Shown piece by piece: positions 11,548 to 23,600 of a DNA stretch of 64,000 nt; within the stretch, counting starts at the first letter, position 1, and every line of letters starts with the position of its first letter. Source of the DNA: Macrostomum lignano (Eukaryota); the NCBI GenBank assembly GCA_002269645.1, contig NIVC01000572.1, forward strand, positions 1 through 64,000. Reading direction: 5' to 3'. The notes under the pieces are model-generated. The model searched no databases, was not told the DNA's origin, and saw only the letters and a list, made by a program, of their open reading frames with translations. A program made the position numbers and the translations under genes.

Positions 11548-12660
11548 GACAGCAAGCATTCCCAGACAGCATTCAAGCATCGATCCCCAAATAGCAAGCA
11601 TCCCCCAGACAGCATTCAAGCATCGATCCCCAAATAGCAAGCATCCCCCAGACTGCAAGCATCCCCCAGATAGCAAGCATCCCCCCGATAGCAAGCAACC
11701 CCAGATAGCAAGCATCCCAGATAGCAAGCATTCCCCCAGACCCCAGATAGTAAGCATCCCCCAGATAGCAAGCATCCCGCAGATAGCAAGCATCCCCCAG
11801 ACAGCAAGCATCCCCCAGATAGCAAGCATCCCCCAGATAGCAAGCATCCCGCAGATAGCAAGCATCCCCCAGATAGCAAGCATCCCCCAGATCGCAAGCA
11901 TCCCCCAGATAGCAAGCATCCCCCAGATAGCAAGCATTCCGCTAGACCCCAGCTAGTAAGCATCCCCCAGATAGCAAGCATCCCGCAGATGGCAAGCATC
12001 CCCCAGATAGCAAGCATCCCCCAGATCGCAAGCATCCCAGAGACAGCAAGCAACCCCTGATAGCAAGCATAACCTGGATACAAAGAGACATTATAGATAT
12101 CTAGCAACCCCCTCTCAGATAGCAAGTACTCACCCCAAGAGCAAGCATCCCCCAGATAGCAAGCATCCCCCCGATAGCAAGCAACCCCAGATAGCAAGCA
12201 TCCCAGATAGCAAGCATTCCCCCAGACCCCAGATAGTAAGCATCCCCCAGATAGCAAGCATCCCGCAGATAGCAAGCATCCCCCAGACAGCAAGCATCCC
12301 CCAGATAGCAAGCATCCCCCAGATAGCAAGCATCCCGCAGATAGCAAGCATCCCCCAGATAGCAAGCATCCCCCAGATCGCAAGCATCCCTCAGATAGCA
12401 AGCATCCCCCAGATAGCAAGCATTCCGCTAGACCCCAGCTAGTAAGCATCCCCCCAGATAGCAAGCATCCCGCAGATGGCAAGCATCCCCCAGATCGCAA
12501 GCATCCCAGAGACAGCAAGCAACCCCTGATAGCAAGCATAACCTGGATACAAAGAGACATTATAGATATCTAGCAACCCCCTCTCAGATAGCAAGTACTC
12601 ACCCCAAGAGCAAGCATCCCCCTGATAGCAAGTATCCATCCTTAAATAGCAAGCATCCAC
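11548..12660. repeat. 17-bp minisatellite with an internal ~470-490 bp higher-order duplication
   Basis: Unit AGATAGCAAGCATCCCC(C). A non-unit spacer AACCTGGATACAAAGAGACATT recurs at 12071 and 12540. Confidence 0.95.
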
Positions 12661-12774
12661 CAGGGAACAAGTAGCTAGTGCAACAATTTACTTAGCTTTA
12701 TAATGGTTCTATTTTGTTTGGCATGACAATTCTTTTATGTTTGAAATGGTGTCTCTTTTTGTTTAAAAAGGTGG

Positions 12775-13790
12775 CTCTTTAATGTTTGACATGGTAGCTC
12801 TTTTGTGTTTGACATGATAGCTCTTTAATGTTTGACATGGTGGCTCTTCTATGTTTGACATGGTGTCTTCTATGTTTGACGTGGTGGCTCTTTTGTGTTT
12901 CACATGGTGGCTCTTTAATGCTCAACATGGTGGCTCTTTAATGTTTGACATAGTTGGCTCTTTTATGTTCGACATGGTGGCTCTTCTATGTTTGACAAGG
13001 CGGCCCTTTTTCATTTGAATTGGTGTCTTTTATATGTCTGCCATGGTGGCTCTTTTATGTTTGACATGGAGTTACTTATATGTTTGACATAATGCCTCTT
13101 TTATGTTTGACACGAGGGCTCTTTTATGTTTGACATGATAGCTCTTTTATGTCTGACATGGGGTAGCTCTTTTATGTTCGACATGGTAGCTCTTTAATGT
13201 CTGACATGGTGGCTCTCTTATGTTTCGCAAGGTGGGTCTTTTATGTTTAACATGGTGGCTCTTCCATGTTTGACATGGTGGCTCTTTAATGTATGGCATG
13301 ATAGCTTTTTAATGTTTGACATGGTGGCTCTCTTATGTTTGACATGAAGTAACGTATATGTTTGACATGGTGGCTTTTTAATGTTTTACATGGTGTCTCT
13401 TTAATGTTTGATGTGGTGGCTCTTTGATGTTTGACATGAAGTAACGTATATTTTTGACATGGTGGCTCTTTTATGTTTGACATGGTGGCTCTTTAATGTT
13501 TGACATGGTGGCTCTTAAATGTTAGACATGGTGGCTCTTTAATGTTTGACATGATGGCTCTTTAATGTTTGACATGATGGCTCTTTAATGTTTGACATGG
13601 TGGCTCTTTAATGTTTGACATGGTGGCTCTTTAATGTTTGACATGGTGGCTCTTTAATGTTTGACATGATTGCTCTTTAATGTTCGACATGGTGGCGCTT
13701 TTATGTTTGACATGATGGCTCTTTAATGTTTGACATGAAGTCACATATATGTTGGACATGGTGGCTCTTTAATGTTTGACATTATGCTTT
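12775..13790. repeat. 23-bp minisatellite, ~44 copies
   Basis: Unit ATGTTTGACATGGTGGCTCTTTA; period checked at 13561/13584. Confidence 0.95.
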
Positions 13791-13842
13791 TTTGTGTTTA
13801 GCATTTTGTGTTTTTAAGGTTTTTGAATAAAAAAATCTTTTT

Positions 13843-13906
13843 GCACTACTAAGATTCGAACTTAGGTCGCTGCATTAGCAGTCCAGTCTTTTCGCATCTA
13901 TGCTAT
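13843..13906 (-). ncRNA. degenerate tRNA-like/SINE head with Pol III signals inside the Helitron
   Basis: Weak A box TAGCATAGATG, anticodon-arm-like GGACTGCTAATGC, B box AGTTCGAATC, then a T7 run. No acceptor stem. Confidence 0.45.
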
Positions 13907-14706
13907 CTCTTTTCAATTGGAAATCATGAATTGTGGCCCTTATAATTAAATTCTTATTGCAAATCGGTTAGAGTTAAAATTTATGACATAATCAATTTCT
14001 CAGTCAGCCAGTATCAGTCTCAATTTAAGTTAGCAATGTGGTTACGCAATTTAAATCAAGTTTTGTGTGCATTTCTTCGGCACTGTTTTCAACTGGTTGT
14101 GATGTAATCTCTATCACAATTGGAATTCAGTCAGTCAGTTTTTTCTCTAGCATTCTTACAACGCATTTCAGGTCGAAAGAGCTGCTTGACCTTTGCAAAA
14201 AAGCACGTTTTTCGAATATTTAATCCCTTTAACATTGAGCAATTTCTTAGCCAAGATGCATGTACCGTCCCAGGAAAATTTCTGATCGAATGGTGCAAGT
14301 TTGAAGAAAATCGGTTGAGCCATTTTTTCTGAAATCTATCGCATACCTACCTACCTACCTACCCACAGACAACTCATTTTTAGTATATAGGATCTTCCAA
14401 ATAGTCTTGAAAATTATTAAATTGAAATGTAAGAAGTCACAATTTTACTGATACTGAAAGTGGCTTTCAACATGTATTGCTTTTGGCGATCGAAATGGGA
14501 ATTTTGACAATCGAAACTGGACTCCATAGGCATTCAAGCCAGGCCACAGATCGCACCCTAGTCATGGACTTAAGCAGTTTAGCAAAGTCTACTGAGGAAG
14601 GCTTGGCCATAGACTATAACTTCGGACATTCAAAACGAGAATCGGACTGAGATTTTAAATTCCCTCCCCAGTTTGCTCGTCTTTGGCCTGGAAGCGACCC
14701 TATTCA

Positions 14707-14850
14707 ATGGCGCCACCAATTCCTGTAGCAGATCGCCAGCGGCTGATTAATGCGATTGAACAAGGGTCATCCATCACAGGAGCTGCAAGAATCTTGCAAA
14801 TAGAGAAAACAACCGCATTCCAAATCGCTGCCAGCTTTCAGTCGCTAAAT
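14707..14850 (+). mobile_element. Tc1/IS630-like transposase HTH fragment
   Basis: MAPPIPVADRQRLINAIEQGSSITGAARILQIEKTTAFQIA fits the R..I....E.G.S...A..L.I..ST...I pattern. Confidence 0.5.
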
Positions 14851-16147
14851 AATTTGCCTGTCATACCTATTCTTTCCGATGAGTTCTGTGATTGTCTATG
14901 GTCCAAACCTGGCACAACTGTGGAAAAGGACTGATTGGCCACCCAAATTCTCTCAATCTGGTTACTCCACAGAGCCCCTTTGGGCCATAGACAATGAACA
15001 GCAGTAAGCTTCAGTATAAGCTTGAATCTCCCACTGAGGATTGTACTGCAAGCTCCTGGACTCAATTGTCACACACGCTCGTGTGTAAGTACACATATAA
15101 CGATAAGAAAGTACAATCCTGTGCAATACAATAAAACTAAAATGTAAATAATATGATATTAAAAAACAAGAAGACTGAATAAATATTTTTTGCTATAATC
15201 GATTCGGTTACAATGGCTTGTATTGCGTTAAAATCAGATGTATGAATTAGGCATGATGAAAGATGCCTGACTCAGTAGCAGTGCTTGACGACAGCTAATT
15301 AAGTAGATTAGCAATAAGTTAAACTATTCAGCTAACTTTTTGATTTACCAACCTAAAGCTCCGGCATCAGTATATATGCCAGAAACTGTCGCCAAACAAC
15401 TGCCGAAAGGAGTGAAAACCATGGACATGAATGTATGGATAAATATGTATAAAATTGGTGCCAGATTAAGATTAAGAGACGTAGAGAAAGATAAAACAAT
15501 TGAATAGAATAAAAATGTGATCTAGATTTTAATCAATCGATAGCAAGAAAGCACACCAAAAATGTTCCTAGCAGAAAAAAACAAACACTGAATGAATGAA
15601 GCAAGTGATAAAAACTTCAAAATCTAAAATCGTTAAGAGCATGCGTAGATATAATATTGCTGAAAAAAATTGCCAAGTGGCTACATGTTAATCTTTGAAA
15701 AAAAGAAAAAAAACACCATAGCAACTGAAGCACAGCAATACAGACAGACACCGTAACAAGAATTAGTGATATTATATTTAAAAAGTGCTCAAAAAAGTTC
15801 AAGCAGTGCACTGTAAGGCTGTGAGGGCGTAGATTAAATTTCAAAATTAAAAATGCGCCATTTTTGAAGCGGAATAACAAACTACAGGACGACGTCAGCG
15901 AAATAATTAACAAAGCTAAACAGTGCAGAATAACAAAACTTTATTGACAAAAATCAATTACATGCAGCTATTTGCAGCTCAGATAGAAAAAATTATGGAA
16001 TTTCAGGGAAATTAAAAGAAATTTAAAGCAACAGTCTGTAAACAGGAATGACGATAAATGGCTAACTATAAAAAATCTATATTAAAAATGAGAAGTTTTT
16101 TAAAAAGTAACGAGAGTTTTGTCCCAGCTATTGAATTGGGCAATATA

Positions 16148-16781
16148 CACTCAGCAACATTCAAAACGCAACACTCTAACTAGAAGAAAAATCAACTCAC
16201 TCAGAAGAGTCAAAGCGCACAGTCCATGGCTCAAATCGAGCCTCAGAAACGCGTGCAGCCTCCTCTCGCAAGTAACAGGGCGATGACTATGGACTGTTTT
16301 CAGATAGAGTGATCCAGCTGAGAGAATGGTTCAACAGATGACAGACGCGGAAAGATGGCGAGCAGTCGGAATGTTGGAAGCAGGTTGTACTCTTCGAACA
16401 ACAGCTGTTGTACTGCGAAGTTGGTGAAGCACCGTACCTTTTCTCGCGTGAGCCACGCTTCCAGTGGCTCTGCTCTTCTGTAGCAGACGTAAAACTGTTG
16501 AAGGCGACCTCCCGAAGTGGTTCGCAACTGTTCGAAGAGTACAACCTGCTTCCAACATTCCGACTGCTCGCCATCTTTCCGCGTCTGTCATCTGTTGAAC
16601 CATTCTCTCAGCTGGATCACTCTATCTGAAAACAGTCCATAGTCATCGCCCTGTTACTTGCGAGAGGAGGCTACACGCGTTTCTGAAGCTCGATTTGAAC
16701 CATAGACTATGCGCTTTGACTCTTCTGAGTGAGTTGATTTTTCTTCTAGTTAGAGTGTTGCGTTTTAAATGTTGCTGAGTG
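16148..16781. mobile_element. Tc1-derived fold-back element: 253-bp inverted arms, 128-bp spacer, TA flanks
   Basis: Arms 16148-16400 and 16529-16781 are reverse complements with 6 mismatches; ends TA|CACTCAGCAAC...GTTGCTGAGTG|TA. Minus ORF MTDAERWRAVGMLEAGCTLRTVANHFGRSPSTVLRLLQKSRATGSV is a Tc1 N-terminus. Confidence 0.92.
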
Positions 16782-17327
16782 TATCTCAATCTGAAATGTT
16801 AACCCAGCAACTTAGCAAATATTTAGCTTTGAAGTTGCTTTCCAGGCCTCTAGACCTTAGACAAAACTCCGCTACTTTTGAAACTCCCCTCATAGACGAA
16901 TATTTAATGAAATCTGGCTCGCTCGAATCTGCGTGATGCTTATATTTTTAACAAAGCAGCAAAATACGAAGACTGTTTCGTACAGCTACTGAAAGTAGTT
17001 TTGATAACAACAGCACAACATAACATGAAAGGAACAGACAACCATGATTTCTTCTAATGACAACAAAAAATCACCATGAATATTGCTGATCGAGTTATTG
17101 CTATAAGAAACAGACGAAGTTAAATTCGGAGCGGTTGCCACGTTGACATGTTTTTTTATTATCTGTCTAAATAGGAATTATCTCTAAGTAGGATAAAAAG
17201 CAAAGAGCTGATAAAATTAGGGAATGGAGAGAGTTCTCATGATAGATCACTTTTTTAATAACTTTGACGAACTGAATTAAATATTTTATAACTGAAGAAA
17301 TATTTTTGTCTTGATAATTATCAGACT

Positions 17328-17608
17328 TCACGATTCTCAGTCTTCACAATCCCCAAACTTCACAATCCCCAAACTTCACAATCCCCAAACTTCACAATCC
17401 CCAAACTTCACAATCCCCAAACTTCACAATCCTCAAAATTCACAATCCCAAAACTTCACAATCCCCAAACTTCACAATCCTCAGACTTCACAATCCTCAA
17501 AATTCCCAATCCCCAAACTTCACAATCCTCAGACTTCACAATCCCCAAACTTCACAATCCCCAAACTTCACAATCCTCAGACTTCACAATCCTCAGACTT
17601 CACAATCC
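17328..17608. repeat. 16-bp minisatellite in the AMPD 3' region
   Basis: Unit ACTTCACAATCCCCAA. Confidence 0.92.
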
Positions 17609-17688
17609 CTGGCAAACTTCCGGGCTGGGCAATGTTACTTAGCACAAATCAGACCCAGCCATCAAGACGGGTGGATATGCAAAGCCAC

Positions 17689-20600
17689 CTACTGATGCTG
17701 CTGAGCAGTGCTCTGAGATCTAGATCGGTGGAGCAACTGCTGTCTCACGTGAGCATAAGCCCCGGCAACAAGGCTCAGCTCGCCAATCAGATTCTCGTAT
17801 CTGTAAGCCAGCCTCACGTTCGGCACGTTCGTTCGTTTGATATCGTTGCCCAATGGTCCTTCGCGTTGATAGGCCGGCCCCAGCCAGTGCTGCTTCACCT
17901 CGTGCGAGAAGCCGGACATGAGCACAGAATTCCTAGCCAGCTCGCACATGTCTGTATTAGTGAGCTTCCACACCTGAGCAGCGATTGAGTACTCTTCCAT
18001 TAGTGGCTCGCGAGTAAAATGAAACATCAATGGATCGTCCGTGCTCAGAGTTACTCGCAGGCCTTTGGCTAGGAATTCCGGCAGAGGGCTCCGGTTGTAC
18101 GACAGGAACAGGCTGTTGTTCGACAATGGCGACATGGCCATGGGAATCTGGCACAGGTAGTACAGGTACTGCAGGGCCGGTGCCTGGAAATTACAGGTAA
18201 AATGTTGTTGGAAGCAGGGGGCTGTGTGCACCCTAGACATATTACTGCTGCCCATTCCGCCGACTCCCCTGAGCAGGCAACACAAGCGCGCGGATACGTA
18301 CGCAGTCATACGCACAGGCACACACTCACACAGGAGTGTACAGCGGCCCTAACTTTATTTATCGTTAGGCATGTACACTTCACTGTGCCTTGGGGGGTTG
18401 GGCCTCAAGCTGGGCGTTAATTGCACGAGCAGAGCCAAGTCGAGATTCTAATTTAGGCACAAATTAATGCAACTGCACTTGGAATCGAGCTTGGACCGCT
18501 GGCAGCCGCGCAAGACCACTAGGCTACGGCCCCCTGTTGTTAGCCATACGTCGAGTAGCTTATTATATGCAGGTACCAATAGTATTGAATATTCAATTTA
18601 TATTCAAACAGAAAAATGAGAGCCGACCGACGACTGATTGAAGTTAAAAATTCATAGCCTTCGCTACGAGCGTACAAGTAAGTTTTAAACCAACTTTATG
18701 AGCTTTCAGCTATGCATGCAACTTAAAAATTTATAGCTCAGTAGTACGAGCGTACATGCACACCCATTATTTCCCACCTTCCTGAGGAGTAAGCCGTGGC
18801 TAATATTGTCCGCCAGCAGGAAAGCCGTCACCAGGTGGTGCACGGGTCCGGCCTCGCCGCAGTGCGGTCGCAGCGTAATTGGTTGAAGGCCGCGAGCCTT
18901 GCGCAGGTGATTCAACGTGGCCAGGTTGGCGTACATGTAGTACAGGTAGTACATGTAGGGCGGGTTCGTTGCATCGGTCCAGTCACCTGCGAGGAATGGT
19001 GGGGACTCTAATGATGGTCAGTGTGCGTGGCTTAGCATCTGTGCTGGTGTGTGTTTGTCCCAGCATCTGTGTTGGTGTGTGTTTGTCCCAGCATCGGTGT
19101 TGGTGTGTGTTTGTCCCAGCATCTGTGTTGATGTGTGTTTGTCCCAGCATGTGTTGGTGTGTGTTTGTCCCAGCATCTGTGTTGGAGTGTGTTTGTCCCA
19201 GCATGTGTTGATGTGTGTTTGTCCCAGCATCTGTGTTGGAGTGTGTTTGTCCCAGCATGTGTTGGTGTGTGTTTGTCTCAGCATCTGTGTTGGTGTGTCT
19301 CAGCGCACGTCCTTGTGTTAGGTTGGCCTAAGCACCTGTCTAGAATTAAGTTCTGTCTTAGCAGCTCTCAACAACGTCTTTCTCGGTGAGTGACCGAGTG
19401 TTTCTACGACTATTTTGAACTTTTCTTGTCTAGCTCCTATCTGCCTACTAACCAGTAGCCTGTTATTCAAGCATATTCAAAACATCGACCGATGGCTCAC
19501 CCGGCATCGGCGAGGCGGCATCGAACGCCAGAGTCTCCGGCTTGGACTCGTCATCCACAGAGTCCAGCGCAACCACGTACTTCAAGAAGGCGAACAGCTC
19601 AGGGTGACCTTCAGGATCGGCAGTGGCTTCCATCATCGGCAGGAATAGGTTGGCTAGAAACTCTTCGAAATTTGCTAGCTGCCTCTTGCTGTTGTACACG
19701 TCGAATAGACGCGGAATTTGAATCAGCCAGCGAACGTTTTCGGAGTAAACCTTGTGCTTTACCGCCCACCTGGTAGTGCAATTCAGAACAAGTCGGTTTT
19801 AGAACTTAAACTTATAATTAAAAAATGGAGTTAGGATCTGGGGTAAAGGTCACTAAACTCGGGGCTTTAGGGTCAAGGTCACCGGACTAGCTCGATATCT
19901 AGGGTCAAGGTCACCGGACTAGCTCGATATCTAGGGTCAAGGTCACCGGACTAGCTCGATATCTAGGGTCAAGGTCACCGGACTAGCTCGATATCTAGGG
20001 TCAAGGTCACCGGACTAGCTCGATATCTAGGGTCAAGGTCACCGGACTAGCTCGATATATAGGGTCAAGGTCACCGGACTAGCTCGATATATAGGGTCAA
20101 GGTCACCGGACTAGCTCGATATATAGGGTCAAGGTCACCGGACTAGCTCGATATTTAGGGTCAGGGTCACCGGACTAGCTCGATATCTAGGGTCAAGGTC
20201 ACCGGACTAGCTCGATATCTAGGGTCAAGGTCACCGGACTAGCTCGATATCTAGGGTCAAGGTCACCGGACTAGCTCGATATCTAGGGTCAAGGTCACTG
20301 GACTAGCTCGATATCTAGGATCAAGAACGTTGTAGCCAGGGTCAAAATCACTATAACATTGATCAAGGTTCACTAGTAGTCCAAAATGGTGAGCAAGGTC
20401 AATATAAGAGCTAATCAGGGTCAAGGTCACTGTAGAAACCTCACTTGGCAAGGTTGTCCCACTCGCTGCGGCTGCGCCCGTAGATGGACAGCCTCAGCTC
20501 CGCCTGCTGATACTTGGACTCGTTGATCTCGTTCATGACCTCCTTGATGATGTCGGCAAAGAATTCGCCCTGAATATAATTGTCAGTCTTTAGAAACACT

Positions 20601-23600
20601 TCGCGCAGGTGATTCTGACCCAACGGGTTGTACTTGGAGTTGAATTTGTCAAATCGTTGAAAGGTGTTGCGATCCGCGTGAACGTCCAGCATGTCGATGT
20701 TGAGGTCGTAGGCCGTTATCTTCATCTCCTCGAATATCTCCGCTAAGGACATCTGCCTGCCGGACCTGTCCACGTACACCTGCGTTGGGATAGGTGGGAC
20801 ACAGAGAAGGATCTTTAGCATCAGATTGGGATAACGCTAGGTAAGCAAAGCATGCGTTCGGCAGTCAAGTCAACTCAAGTCCAAGATCAATAATGCATGC
20901 ATCATTCACGCCCTGTTCTGTGAAAGTTCCATGCCAAGCATTCTAGTTTCGGTAGAAATGTATCTATTTAACAATTCTTATTATGCCTAAAATCCAGTTG
21001 TACCCGTTTTTTTCCCGCCAGCAAGTGGGGCCTATAGGATACATTTTAGGCGAACGTTCTAAACGTTATTTTGCTTAGTTAGGTCGGAATCCAATATGAA
21101 CTATGGACTAGAGACATCTCACAAGTTAGCCTTGTGTTCTAATTCTAAACGTTAGTTTGCATCAGTTTCCGAAATTGCGACAGAATTTCAACTGAACTTT
21201 TTAGTCTTCTCACCTTCCTATCGGAATGGCTCTTCAAACTCCTCTTGATAAACCTTAGCAGGTGCTTCTGATTCATTGCTGACGATCCGTGAATGTGATT
21301 GTCGACCTTGCGAATGTTGTAGAAGTCCCTGTGTGGCACAGACTTCTGCTCGGCGCTTTCTCTGAACTCGTTCAACAGGCTGTGCAGCTGATACTTCGAC
21401 TGCAAGTAGGTCAGCCGGCGAAATGTGAAACTCTTCAACGGTCCATTCGAAATAAGCGCCACCATGGTGTTGTGATCGCGCAGAAACGTGTCGCGACTCA
21501 CTGACGCCGCCGACGCCGCCTCAAGAGCAGCGGTCAGCTCCGCTGGCGGCGACTGACCGTCGGCGACTTGAAATGTGGCAACGCCATCTACCATGGCGAA
21601 TTTGATCGGCAGGGTTGGCGGCAGATTCGCTGTGCTCAGCGGGTCAGTCTCCGGCGGATGGTCGTATGGATGGCTGTCCTGATTGTCCGCGCTATGCTGC
21701 TGGTGCTGCTGGTGCTGCTGCAGCTTCTCCCAGTAGTCGGCCCCGTCGCCGTGGGCAGCGGAGGCGGCAGCCGTGGTTGCCCGGTCCATGTAGCGCGCCG
21801 CGGTGGAACAAAAACCCTGATTGGCGCTGAGCATGTAGCGCCGTCGGAGCCGCATAGCCACCATCAGGCACTCGCAAGCTGACCCGACGTCTTCGTCGGA
21901 GAACACGCCCTGGTGTTGTTGGAAGGGCGCAGGGGAATTATGTAAGAGAATTCATCTGTGTGTGCAGAAACGCGTCGCAAATTTGGCTCCTACGTATTCA
22001 AGATGGAAACCATACTTTGAAGTCAGGCAACCGTACTTTGGAGTCAGGCAACTGTACTTTGAAGTCAGGTAACTGTACTTTGGAGTCAGGCAACCGTACT
22101 TTGAAGTCAGGCAACCGTACTTTGGAGTCAGGCAACTGTACTTTGTAGTCAGGCAGCTGTACTTTGAAGTCAGGCAACCGTACTTTGGAGTCAGGCAACC
22201 GTACTTTGGAGCAGGCAACTGTACTTTGAAGTCAGGCAACTGTACTTTGGAGTCAGGAAACTGTACTTTGGAGTCAGGCAACTGTACTTTGGAGTCAGGC
22301 AACTGTACTTTGAAGTCAGGCAACTGTACTTTGGAGTCAGGCAACTGTACTTTGTAGTCAGGCAGCTGTACTTTGAAGTCAGGCAACCGTACTTTGGAGT
22401 CAGGCAACTGTACTTTGAAGTCAGGCAACCGTACTTTGGAGTCAGGCAACCGTACTTTGGAGCAGGCAACTGTACTTTGGAGTCAGGCAGCTGTACTTTG
22501 GAATCAGGCAACTGTACTTTGGAGTCAGGCAACTGTACTTTGGAGTCAGGCAACTGTACTTTGGAGTCAGGCAGCTGTACTTTGGAGTCAGGCAACCATA
22601 CTTTGAAGTCAGGCAACCGTACTTTGGAGTCAGGCAACTGTACTTTGGAGTCAGGCAACTGTACTTTGGAGTCAGGCAGCTGTACTTTGGAATCAGGCAA
22701 CTGTACTTTGGAGTCAGGCAACTGTACTTTGGAGTCAGGCAACTGTACTTTGGAGTCAGGCAGCTGTACTTTGGAGTCAGGCAACTGTACTTTGGAGTCA
22801 GGCAGCTGTACTTTGGAGTCAGGCAACTGTACTTTGGAGTCAGGCAGCTGTACTTTGGAGTCAGGCAGCTGTACTTTGGAGTCAGGCAACCATACTTTGA
22901 AGTCAGGCAACCGCACTTTGGAGTCAGGCAACTGTACTTTGGAGTCAGGCAACCGTACTTTGAAGTAGGCAACCGTACTGTTTTTAAAGTGGGTAATCGT
23001 GTTTTTAAAGTGGGTTATCGTATTTTTAAAGTGGGTATTCGTGTTTTTAAAGTGGGTAATCGTGTTTTTACAGCGCTTTACTGTTTTAAGTGCCAGGCGT
23101 GGCTACGCTTGGAATTAATGAATTAACTTGTAGTAAAATAAACATTCTCAAAATCGTCAACAGTATAGCTCTGCTAGAAGTTTTTAGATTACTTCTACAA
23201 AGAAAAAGACCCAACCGTAGCAGGACCAGGGCAGAAGTGTTTGCAGTAATCTAATCTAAGTTGAGTCCAGTTGAAGCGTGCTGCACTAACTCTGAGTTCC
23301 TTTGGTTAAGAATCTACAATGTCATGTCATTTTGAGCAGGTGGTGCTAAAATATTCTTTTATCTTCAAATTTGTTCCAAGCATTCACGCCTTATAAATAA
23401 GCTTCTTGTAAAAGTTCTGCTTGCTACTGTTTGACAATTCTGTTGTCACAAATTAAAAGATAAAATTTTACTATTTAGTAACAGCCGAATATAGTTGCCT
23501 GTGACGCACAAAAGCTAGCCAATCTGAGACACAATCACAAACTAGCCAACATGTGACACACGCCAAAGCTAGCCGAGATGTGACACAATCTAGGCAATAT

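Larger units (their letters stand above)
11417..14392 (-). mobile_element. non-autonomous Helitron (Lep1-like) carrying two minisatellite arrays
   Basis: Minus 5' end A|TCCTATATACTAAAAATGAG followed by (GGTA)n. Minus 3' end has a CCCCC-ATC-GGGGG hairpin ~10 nt before CTAG|T. Inserted between A and T with no TSD. Confidence 0.75.

Noticed and set aside
11386-12660. Long repetitive ORFs (MLAIWG, PDSKVQL, SLSWRPC, QTDR, DTLSDTCLR, FHISASV etc.) here and at 21952-22972, 34264-35396, 37601-39621, 41041-41713 and 45808-47771
   Set aside because: They are translations of stop-free tandem repeats, open in several frames, mostly inside introns with validated boundaries.
13843-13906. Functional tRNA-Ser(GCT) gene
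   Set aside because: No acceptor stem and no long variable arm; kept only as a tRNA-like remnant.
14838-15065. Possible integrase/LTR fragment (QRGSVE-like stretch, TGTCAC at ~15066)
   Set aside because: Multiple stops, no PPT or second LTR, and similarity too weak.
19800-20440. AMPD intron 3 array as a second Helitron
   Set aside because: TTATAATTAAAAAATGGAG resembles a Helitron 5' end, but there is no TC start and no hairpin-CTAG 3' end.
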